Shown here in pieces: positions 52,917 through 64,000 of a stretch of DNA of 64,000 bases; the stretch's first letter is position 1, and each line of letters begins with the position of its first letter. The stretch is from Octopus sinensis (lineage: Eukaryota). The DNA lies in NCBI RefSeq assembly GCF_006345805.1, contig NC_042999.1, positions 33,728,001 to 33,792,000 on the forward strand. The letters run 5' to 3'. Made by a program: the position numbers and the translations under genes. The notes beneath the pieces were generated by a model. That model saw only the letters and a list, made by a program, of their open reading frames with translations, made no database searches and was not told where the DNA came from.

Positions 52917-53311
52917 TTTTCTACTTTAGGCAAATCCCGACATTTTGACGATAGAGCGATTCCATTAGATCGACCACAGTACGCGACTGGTACTTAATAT
53001 ATCAACAACGAAAGGATGAAAGGCAAAGTCGAACTTGGCGGAATTTGAACTCAGAACGTAGCAGCAGACGAAATACCTATTTCTTTACTACCCACAAGGG
53101 GCTAAACACAGAAAGGAGAATCAAGGACAGGCAAACAGATTAATTCGATTATATCGACGCCCAGTGCGTAACTGGTACTTAATTTATCGAGCCCGAGATT
53201 ACGAAAGGCAAAGTCGACCTCTGCGGAATTTGAACTCAGAACGTAAAGGCAGACAAAATACCCCTAAGCATTTCGCCCAGCGTGCTAACGTTTCTGCCAG
53301 CTCGCTACCTT
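52917..53311 (-). mobile_element. SINE family B, dimeric arrangement
   Basis: Head, core, tail-1, core, tail-2; same tail-1/core junction (gaaatacctatttctttactacccacaaggggctaaacacag on +) as 36664-37245. Confidence 0.88.
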
Positions 53312-55128
53312 GGATTTTGAAATATTCGAAAATAAAACAATTATAAAAGTAATTTGTCTCTAGTTAGGATATTGAGCAATATTTAGAGTTGCAAATTGTA
53401 TATATGTTTGAGAAAATATAAGAAATGATAAGCAACTTGTGACTTTATATATTTCACTAACCCTAAACCGTCTACGTCTCATTAATTCCATAAAATTAAT
53501 AGATTAAACTTTTGTTTAATCCTGAGGATAATAATCCTTTCTAACCTGATTTTGAAGAATGAAACAATTCGATGTATCAACTATCTTAACAGACATTTCG
53601 ATCCCCTCCACACTCTACATCATTACCTTAAACTTTATTGCTTACGTCCGTATTTACGTCGGGGAATGTCTTTTGGTTACGTCGGTGAATGTCTATTGTT
53701 TTCGTCGGGGAATGCCTATTGTTTATAATCTAAGCCATGTTAAATTTTTGCTGATTTTATTCGACCTAACTGAGAATTTGCTGATCCACATGTGTATTTG
53801 TATATAATTATATCCGAAGACAAATCACCGTCTGTAACGGATGTCAAGAGCCTACCAGTACGATACCAGTTAACAACTAATTATATGGATAGAATTAACG
53901 TTATGTTTCCGAAAAGGAAAATTTAACTTGGTTCGGTGACAGATCTAATCAGGCAGTGACAATCTATATTTATAATTACTTTGATGAATAACCAATAGAA
54001 AGTTCGCTTGAGACTTCTCAGATTTGTCCGTACTAAGCTGCTCTAACTTAGTTCCTTCTGTTTACTAGTTGCGTTTCATGATTGTGCTCATATGTCTTAA
54101 CAATAACGTTGTTCCTTAATATCGAATTTTTCCAAAAGGTTTGCTTTATCAGTAGAAATTTCATGACTATTGGGAGACAATGCGCTCTCCATACACGATT
54201 CTGATATCTATACAGCAAATTAAACTCCATGCATTTCAATTCATTCGAGCATATATCATGTAAAATACTTATTTAATTCTTTGTTTAACATTTTCCATCT
54301 ATAGTTGATAGTAATATCTTTCGTATGTTACATTACTTGTTCTTAAATATTTTACTTTTTGTATAAATGTTGTGTACTGTAAAAGTCGTTAAGAAAAATT
54401 ATATTTCGAGTATGTAGAAATACACGGTTGTATTGTAACAACATCTGTGGACAATTCAATTTCTGTATACGTGGGCGAAATATGGAGTCAAACTAAGCTG
54501 AACAGAAACTCAATCTAGGAATAATATATGCCACCATTAAATTTTTTGTGGAATCAGATACATTTTATTATGTAATTACGGGTCTCCTTTGTTTTCATGC
54601 GTTAAAAACGTGTTATTTATCATCTTGCTCTGCTTGACATCGAAGATGTACCTTGTGAAATACACTAAATTACTTATAAATACACGAAAATTGCAACGTA
54701 AAATTTATAAAAAACAAAGAAGCAAAATACGTCGTATAACTACTTTTCGTCTATGCAAGTTTGTTGAAAATAAAAAAAAATCCGATACCATATTTTGTTT
54801 GGCAGTGATGAAAGTAAAGGAAAAAAAAGGAACAAATAACAATCATTTTCAATTTAACATATTTCTAAAATTCCTTTCCATGAGAAAAATTAGCTCACGA
54901 AAATGCATTTAAAATATAAATATATTATATTTTAAAATATTTTTAAAAATATATTTTGAATTATTAACGTTATTCATCATTGCTTGACTGTCTTTAATAT
55001 CAAATATATGTTTGTCATATATTTTCATATGCATAAAAATATAGTCAACTGTAACTATGAGAAAAATACTGAGCAGCTGTTTTTGCCCACTTTGAAAAAG
55101 AACAATGAAAATGCAAAAAAATAGCTCA

Positions 55129-55641
55129 TCTATATATATAAAACTGTAATTGTGTGAGTGTCTGTCCCCTTCGATTTAGATTCCTAACTACTCCCACATT
55201 TTGCGGCGCAGTTTAACCAAATTCGGGTATCTTATAGTCGTGATTCATATCGAGCCCATCTGGGTATTAGCGCGCATCTACGATGAGTCTACGATTTTAA
55301 AAATAATTTAACATCATTTTTTATTCCATTTTAATGCATAATTTTTCGTGTGTCGGTGGCGGCGGAGTTGGCGTCCATGGTCACACCTGCACCTGTTTGC
55401 TTCTCCCCCTTCTTCCCTCCCTCGTGAAGCTGTGGGGAAGGGAATGTAAGGAAATCAACGTCGTAAAGCGTTGTCAAGGAGACCAGCGTTCTTTTAGAAC
55501 AACGACTTCATGGCTTGAAGACACCAAAACAGAAATGGCTAAGAAAGCCCGAATTGGCATCTGTAAGGGAAGTAACTCTATAAAAATGCTTATATAGTTA
55601 TTGCCCTTACAAACCCGAGCAACGCCGGGCGATACTGCTAG
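55129..55641 (+). mobile_element. Complete non-autonomous Helitron (513 bp)
   Basis: A|TCTATATATATAAAA 5' end; 3' hairpin CCCGAGC-AAC-GCCGGG (55614-55629) 8 nt before CTAG|T; inserted in an AT dinucleotide, no TSD. Confidence 0.85.
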
Positions 55642-55659
55642 TTCTAAATAAGATATTAG

Positions 55660-56073
55660 TTTAGGAAATATAAGTTTCAAGTTTTGGCACAAGACCAGCA
55701 CTTTCAAGGGAGGGAGCGAGTCAGTTATATAGACTCCAGTAGTCAACTGGTACTCATTTTATTGACCTTCAGAAGATGACAGGATAAGTCGAACGGCCAA
55801 GTTTGAACTAAGAACTGACGAAATGTCTTTAACCAGTTTTCCACCTTAGTTCAGGAAATATTGATTTCATATTTTGGCACAAATCCAGCATTTTTGGTGT
55901 AGGTTAGTCGACTACATACACTCCAGTGTTCAACTGGTACTCATTTTGTCGACCCCGAAAGGGATGAAATTCTAAGTCAACCTCGGCAGAATTTGAACTC
56001 AGAACACAAAGACGGACGAAATACCACTATGCATTTAGCCCGGCGTGCTAATGATTCTACCAGCTCGCTGCCC
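55660..56073 (-). mobile_element. Two adjacent diverged SINE family B copies
   Basis: ttttggcacaa..caactggtactcatttt..gacc..gaa core at 55682 and 55872; head remnant ccagctcgctgcc at 56060-56072. Confidence 0.75.
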
Positions 56074-57759
56074 GAGTTTAGGTAATATTACTAAACTAAT
56101 TGGTTGTGCTAAGATCTGAATAGATATACGCTAATTCAGATAATGCCAACAACGAAAGTTAATATAATCAACCTCTGTATTTTCCTATTGCCTTCATTGA
56201 GCAAGAGATGATATAAGGATTAGGATGATGCTTCCAACACAGTTCAGGTGGTGTAGCAATCTGCGGACTGTGAAGCACGTTGCATTCTTCAGCAAGGTAG
56301 TTCCTTTTTCCTGTTTCTACAGTTATTTCACCTAAACCCTAGTATATCTAGCACGTGATGGTTAAAACTGCAACGATGATGGCATCCTATTCAAGGTTAT
56401 TAATTGATGAGTTATATAAGTCTTCATCTGGTACAATTGGTCTATTTGAAGCACAATTTCTTACGTTTTTGACACCACGTAAAATAAAAAAAAATCAACA
56501 ACATTTTGTCTATATTTTAAAGAAATATATCCTACATTTATTATACGTGCAGAAGAAAAGAACCAATTTCCTATGTCTACTAGAATGTGCAACTCATATA
56601 TTAGTCTTTGCTTTCAGCTAACAACTAGTCTAATTGTAACCATACTCTGCATTGTCATATGAAACATGGGAATGGCTATCATTTATAAACTATGAAATTG
56701 GATTTCTATTTCTCTTACATATGATATGAAAATAAATGAAGTACAGTGTTTCAATAATTAATAATTCAATGAATGAAACCTATGAAACAATATAGAATTG
56801 TACAAACTAATAACCGTTGTGCAGCAACGCAATGGCAACTGAAGTGTCGTAATACGATAAAATTCGTGGGGGGAAATATTAACGCAGCTCTCAAGACATA
56901 TCTAATGCTTGGATCAGCACTTTTAGTTTTATGTAAATGCTGACGCGTTTGAAAATCTTATGATATCTAAAACAACGATAGATACTATAAAATCTACGAC
57001 TAGGCCTTCATCATGAAATTGGCAGTTTGATATATTAAAGAATACAGCATCCAGCATTCTCATACGATTTTGAACAGGAGCAGAAGTAACTACATGTTAC
57101 ATTGCAATTTTAGAATAATATAATCTTCAGAGAATAATATAATCTTCAGTTTCAATCTGAAATAGTAGATACTATACAACTCATTGTCTTATGAAAATAA
57201 TAAAGATACGTGCAATCAAGGTGCAACGTAGAGAGTCGAATTCGGCTTTGATAAAGAAGGATTTCGAAATCCCTACACCCGACGGATATACTATTGCCCA
57301 CATTAAAATCCTGAAACCAATGAAAAGTTTATCTAAAACTCTGAACCGTATACGTGCATACCATATATGGTGCTATCATTTAATCTTAACTATGTGAACT
57401 CATCATACAGTAGCGTGTGAACATTTTCGTCTATCCATTCTAACACCATACTTTATATCCTGTATAGAGACCTTATTTTGCTTTTACTGTGTAAACATTA
57501 ATTTATATCTTCTTAAATATAAATGTTTGAAATTTCCTGTGCCACATGAAATAAATTTAACACCTGCTTGTACAGTTGTTATTATTCCACCATATTTCTT
57601 TTTTTTTAATTGTTCGTATTATAACTACACGACTAATATAACTTTCTTGTCAATATATAAAATTAACATTCAAAATCCTTTTATAATTTTTCCCGTTCTG
57701 TGCACGAAAATTTTGACAATGTTGTATGTATAAACATTGGGAGTTTTCATGAAATAATA

Positions 57760-57783
57760 ATAATAATGATGATGACGATGATG

Positions 57784-57858
<75 letters not shown>
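57760..57858. repeat. (ATA)n microsatellite
   Basis: Direct reading. Confidence 0.95.
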
Positions 57859-58071
57859 GCACTCAGAGATCGCAAACCTGTAGCTGAAGATGTTTTTTTT
57901 TTAAATGAAAATATCTGAAATGAACTTGGCTGCTCTCACAAACAAGCATACTAAAAATTAACCCCACCGCTCTCAAAAATTAAGTAAAACAACCGGGAAA
58001 AATAATCCAGAATCCTTGTCCGGTACCCAATAGTAGTATCCCAATAGGAGGGATCTGTTGAGTTCATAATG

Positions 58072-58101
58072 TCAATAATAATAATAATAATAAAAATAAT
58101 G

Positions 58102-58153
<52 letters not shown>
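58072..58153. repeat. (ATA)n microsatellite
   Basis: Direct reading. Confidence 0.95.
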
Positions 58154-58154
<1 letters not shown>

Positions 58155-58297
58155 TGCCTTGTGTACCTTTATCAGACGGGTAGTCATGATGGGTATATTG
58201 GGCTTCGTATATTTTACCCCAGTGTCACTTTGATGGCTTGAACTGCTCTCTCACTCAATAATAGTAATAATAATAATAATAAAAACAACAAAAGTAG

Positions 58298-58710
58298 TCC
58301 TTTCTATTATAGGCACAATGCCTCATATTTTGGGGGAAAGACTAATCGATTATATCTATTCTAGTGTTTCACTTGTGCTTAATTTATTTTACTGCAAACG
58401 TAGCGACGGGTAAAATATTGATAAACATTATGTTCAGCGTGCTAACGACTCTCACGACTCGCAACCTTGATAATAATAATAATAATGATAAAGTCCTGAA
58501 ATTTAGGGGAATTGATTAAGTCGTTTGCAACAATTCCAGTGCGCAACTGGTACTTACATAGTCAACCACGAAATTTCAATTAAATGAGTATCTGTTAGGC
58601 ATTGGGGTGAAGAAATCGATTCCATACACCCTAGTGCACCATTAATACTTATTTTATTGAGGCTGAAACGAGGAAAGATTAAGCCTATCCCAGTATAATT
58701 TCAACTCAAA
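58298..58710 (-). mobile_element. Cluster of highly decayed SINE family B fragments
   Basis: Recurrent tttctattataggcac, ccagtgcgcaactggtactta and cagcgtgctaacg motifs. Confidence 0.5.
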
Positions 58711-59094
58711 ATAATAATTATTATTATTCTCAAATTATACTAATATATATAACCTCATACTGTATACGAAAAGGATAATGACACAGATTCTTTCATCCAA
58801 TGAAAAGGAGTAGTCACCAAGTATATTGTTATACCGTTTGGTGTAAATAAATGTTCAGTGTTCCAGCCAACCAATGAAATCCCAGCATATGAATGATATT
58901 CGTCCACCTGGGGTCTCTTTTATTGTATTCTATTCAATTTAATTTTTATCTCCGAAGATATTTCATAAACGACATGATGTCTACAAATGTTTCTGTGAAT
59001 AGATATGTCCTGAAAATCATTACATATATAGTATAAAAAGTCCTGCATACTCCCACGCATACCTGCATGTACATATACATAAATACATACATAT

Positions 59095-59404
59095 CACCGT
59101 GATCACCGTGACCGACCAGGCTATCAGATCTTTCTACACACCCCTGGTCACAATTGTCTTCGCATTGTTTTAGCCTTCAAGTGACGCCACCTCGCTGGCC
59201 AAGCGAGCAGGCCAACAGAAGAAAGAGTGAGAGAAAGTTGTGGCGAAAGAGTACAGCAGGGATCGCCAACCACCCACCTGCCGGAGCCTCGTGGAGCTTT
59301 AGGTGTTTTCGATCAATAAACACTCACAACATACTGGGAATCGAAACCGCGATCCTACAACCGCGAGTTCACTGCCCTAACCACTGGTCCATTGCACCTC
59401 CACA
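59095..59404 (-). mobile_element. SINE with family A head and core but a different 3' tail
   Basis: About 59212-59402 matches family A; 59095-59210 is unrelated to the family A tail; 14-bp TSD aaatacatacatat (59081-59094 / 59405-59418). Confidence 0.9.
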
Positions 59405-59458
59405 AAATACATACATATGATATAAATATACATAAATACGATATTTATATATATAAAT

Positions 59459-59643
59459 CAGTTTTGGGGGATTAATAGATATGTCATAATCTATTTCAGA
59501 TTATGCAAAAAATTGCATAACGGGTATATCTGAAGGTAAAATCGTGGTATCTATATGCCCGTTAAGAAGTAATACTTCAAGGCTAAAACCAGTACACCAC
59601 CAGGGTGTAAAATATACTTCCTATCTATTAATCCCCAAAACTG
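59459..59643. mobile_element. 185-bp MITE
   Basis: TIRs CAGTTTTGGGG(G)ATTAATAGATA / TATCTATTAATCCCCAAAACTG; AAT on both flanks. Confidence 0.7.
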
Positions 59644-59781
59644 AATTATTGTTTCTATTATATATTTTATATATTTCTAGATAAACATATATAAATATGT
59701 CCGATATGCAGATGCATGTAATAACGTATGTATGTATGTATGTATGTATGTATGTATGTATGTATGTATGTATGTATGTAT

Positions 59782-60713
59782 ACTACCTTAAGGTGACCCG
59801 CTCTACGCGCAGGTGAAGGTGTGGTTGTTACTTTCTGTTACTTTCTTTCTGTTTCTTATCGCTACATTCTCCCTCTTTGTTTCTCTCTCCTTTCTCTCTC
59901 ACTTCCCCACTCTCTTACTGTTTATTTCTCTCGGACTCTCTTTCGCTTTCTCTTACTCTCTATATTTCTCTATCTATCTATCTCTCTCTCTCTCTCTCTC
60001 TCTCCCATTTATAAAAGCCAAAAGATCTTGAGTAAGTTGAGAAAGAACATATTTTGAAAGATCAATCTTAAATAAAAGGTAGTGGCAATGGAAAGCACAC
60101 TTGCTTTTTGTACATCCCACTATTTGAGCGACTAAAAATAAGGGGAAAATGGATTTCTTTGTTAAATTTAGTACATATTTTGGGAACTTTCCGACGATTG
60201 GCCATGCAAATGAAAGCTCTACACACGGACCACATGCAGCTGTAAATTTCTTTCAGAAAAAATGAAAACTGTAAACAATAAAAAATAAAATGCAAAAATA
60301 CGGAAAAATGAGAATTATTTTTCAACTTTATAAATCTTGCCTTAATTTTTAAAAAATTGGAACCCATTTTCCACGCTTAAATTACAAACCCGCTTCCACT
60401 TTACCATGTTGAAAATTTAATTGAAATCGGACAAATGGTGTCTAGCCTCTAGCGCCTGCAGCAACAGGAAAAGTCACCATTATTCAACCAGCGCAAACTG
60501 TTTATCCCATAAAACTCAAATTTTCCCATTTCCATCACCATGGCTACCAAACGGTAGCCCCGGGCGTCTTGCAACCCTCCTCACACCATCACCCATCCCA
60601 TTTTACCCCCTGTGTAAATGTTGGCGCCAATCCGACCCTATCTACCGCTCCCATCCCAAAATGAGACAAATAACCAAGAAATCAAAAATATTTTCGCATT
60701 TCAGCTTTATAGA
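59782..60713 (-). mobile_element. Possible non-autonomous Helitron, with a second partial 5' end at 61196-61284
   Basis: Minus-strand 5' TCTATAAAGCTGAAATGCG; 3' CCTGCGCGTAGAGCGGG hairpin then ..GTAG|T (not the canonical CTAG); 60613-60711 is repeated directly at 61196-61284. Confidence 0.35.
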
Positions 60714-60739
60714 TTTTGATGATTATATATTTACACACA

Positions 60740-60811
<72 letters not shown>

Positions 60812-63389
60812 CACACATATATATATATATATATAAATTAACACAATATATCTGATTAATAATATCTGTTGTTATTGTGCGGTGGTGGTGGGCGATAATA
60901 ACTCACTGTTCTAAAAGACCTGTGGCGGGAATATTTAAACTTTTGCGGCTCTCAATGCTTTCTTTCTGGAGATACAGAAAGACGTACAGTGAGAATGATG
61001 GTGGGAGAAAGAGTAACAAATTGACGGCGAAGGTGGAGATGAAATGAGAGTGGGAGGTGTCAAACGTCGTTATAGAGAGAACGTGGAGGGAAGGAAGACA
61101 AGAGAGAGATCGAGGAAGACAGAGTGATATCCGAAAGCGAGAAACGACAAACACTTGTCAAAGTCTGGGTTTTGTTGCCCTAGTAAACATGTTCCTGTAA
61201 ATTTTGGCGCCAATCCGACCCCATCCCTTAAACCATTCCCATCCCAAAATGAGACAAACAACTTTTTCGCATTTCAACTTTATATATATATATAATACTA
61301 TGTATGTGTGTGCGTCCGTCTGTCTTTGTGTGTTTATGTAGGTGTTTTCATAAACGATCTTGAGTGTAAATATTTTTTATGTCATATCGAATAATATATC
61401 TGAACAAGAAAAGTGTAAAGCTATCCAAAGAACACGAACAATAAATCTCTCATATTCCAAATGTTGTTATGCCTTTTCACGAAAGCTATTCTTTGACTTC
61501 AACCGCCCTAATTAGAATACATTATCTCCCTACATTGGAAAAGCTGATTAGCGCTGAAATTAAAAGTTAAAAGATTGGTAGCTTTGGAAACACTGCGTCG
61601 CCGCCAATAATGTTTAGAAAGCAATATTTTACGGCTAATTGTTACTATTCCAATGATATTATATTTCTGCTTAGAAAATGCTCAATGTGTTTTTATAATT
61701 ATTTATTAGTTAATTAGAATGAAATTAAATCAATCGTTAACTTTCGAATAAAAGTGAATAAAAGTGCGTTGACAGTTGATTCACATATTTCATTATTTTC
61801 ATGTAACTGACTTCGAAGGAGCGCGTAATCGTATAGGATTTTCCTAAGCAATAAAATTTAACAAATAAACAATAGATCAATCGTAATTTATTTAAAAGTA
61901 TGTTTAGCTAAACACAAAAGGAAAAAAATCATTACTCGCTATGAAATTTAATTACTTGAATCATTGTGTGTAACAAGAGGTGTAGATTTGAATTAACGCA
62001 CTTTAGTACTTGGTTTTAATAATTAAACAACACGTTTAATACTTTCGATGAAAAGGTATGTTGTGACTAAAAATGCAGATAAATATTAATTAGTGCCTGC
62101 AGAAATATTCTGATTCTGAATTAAATTTCTTATTTGCTTTTTGATTAGGTACAAACATAGAAAGAAACATTTAAAATTAGTGATAATTTAAGCTTGATTT
62201 AAGGTAAATGAGTTTAATTTAAATCCTGCAAAGCTTTAGAATTATAATGCTGTAAATAATTGTATTTTGGGTTCAATGGAATTTTGCCGCTAGCCAAACG
62301 ATTTCATTCATTTTACTTCTTTTCAGTTTATGGCGAACATATAGCTCCCTTTTCAAATTCAATGTGCACATTAGATATAAATGGATATTGTAATAAATGT
62401 GAATGCGCTCGATTACATTGACAAATACTACTTTATTTGAAATTGTCATTCGTTAGATGACTTGCTGAAGGCGATGAGAAATTAGAAAGAAATCATACAA
62501 ACGCCGTTATTTTATTCAAGTGTAATTTTATGCATTGTTATTCGGTCGATATGACAAGAAGTTAAAGCCAAAGAAGAAAAGAAAATATCGAATATGTTTT
62601 GAATGTTATGAAAAACTAAACGTGCATCAATATCGCACGTGCAAAACATACATTTATAGATGGTTACTTCAAAATTGTAACACATGTCATTGTCGTCTCA
62701 ATAAAGAGACATATTTCTCTGCATTTCGAAAATCCAATTACAAAACTATCAAATCTCCAGTGCATAACATTTGTAGCTTTCATATATCTCACTCCATGCT
62801 GACACAAATTAATAGCATGTTTTCGTTTATACAAAGTTTGATATTTATCCTAAGCTTAAGTTTAAATAACTATGCTGCCGAGAAAATAAAATGTGATGTC
62901 TTTAAATGTCATGTCCACTATATGTCGACGTTGCATCAGTAAATTAGAAAGAGGTAAATGAGTGTAAGTAAAGGAAACAAGAACATGTCTGGAATGTAAT
63001 GTAGATTTAATGTTGAAAGAACAGAATTATGTACGTTATCTATATGATAAATAGCACTGCTCTTTCATCAACAAATTTAAGAAAGAATCCCACTTGGAGA
63101 AAAAAAAACCTTTAGCAGCTTCTATTTATATGTTAATAGGATATAGAAACATAACTAATGAGTGTACAGAATGAGCGGCTCTTTTATCATAAATGGGAAT
63201 TTCTTAATACTGCATAATATATTTCTGTGAATGTTGTTTTTCATTTTTAAATCAGCGTCTGATATTATTCTTCCTTAAAATGAGATATCATTTATGTCCG
63301 AATGTAATCCTACTTTTTCTCACTGCCAATATCTTTGCATTCGTTTGAGAATTAAAAAATATGCAATTTCTAAGAAAAACTCTGTTTAT

Positions 63390-63634
63390 ATGTAAGGTAT
63401 ACTAGCCATCTCAATATGGCTAACCAATAAGGGTGGGTGTTACTTTAGCTTGTAGCCCCAGGAGAACATCGTCTCCAGCTGGCTTTAGGCACACTTTCTG
63501 TGCCCTTATGGTATTTGCAGGCACAGAAAGTGTGCCTAAAGCCAGCTGGAAACGATGTTCTCCTGGGGCTACAAGCTAAAGTAACACCCACCCTTAGTGG
63601 TTAGCCATATTGAGATGGCTAATATACCTTACAT
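63390..63634. mobile_element. 245-bp foldback (palindromic MITE-like) element
   Basis: 115-bp arms (63390-63504 / 63520-63634), 15-nt loop, 3 mismatches. Confidence 0.9.
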
Positions 63635-64000
63635 TGTCGTGCAGTTACTGTTTACATCTCGTTCAGAGATTTATTATTACTCTGTTTATAATTTTACAAT
63701 TACTGGCATTGGTTTTACAAATGATTTAGTTGCAGTACAAGAATCCGTGTATGCGACGTCTAACATATTTTGACGATAACATATATCCTCCGATGTATAT
63801 GAATATTAATATTATGTCAAGCGATCTGATCAACAGTTGTAATGTATTAATGTTAAATGTGAATACAAGTAGGTTCAGTATTTTCAATGTAAATAGAAAG
63901 AAGCATGTGGGCGGCTACGTATACCTGCCGCTCAGCTAATAAACTAAAATTGTATATATGTATATATTTGTATCTCTCTCTATATTTTGTTTGCTTGTTT

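Overview
AT-rich, microsatellite-dense animal genomic DNA, intronic or intergenic in character. I can support no intact protein-coding gene, rRNA, true tRNA or CRISPR array. Almost all ORFs in the supplied track are translated microsatellites or broken transposon frames. The tRNA-derived SINE families and the extreme TA/GATA/CATA load resemble octopus (coleoid cephalopod) DNA; this is an inference from recalled repeat families, not a database result. Recognisable content: one full-length dead mellifera-type mariner plus a deleted copy; relics of RLE-type, Tx1/L1, RTE, CR1/L2 and probably Penelope-like retroelements; three SINE families; several non-autonomous Helitron-like elements; MITEs and foldback hairpins; and a 981-bp tandem duplication that looks like an assembly artefact. 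The most interesting signals are repeated minimal hammerhead-ribozyme-like motifs in short Penelope-type terminal fragments, modular SINEs (multimeric, tail-swapped), and long near-perfect hairpins. None of these is shown here to be a new biological system.
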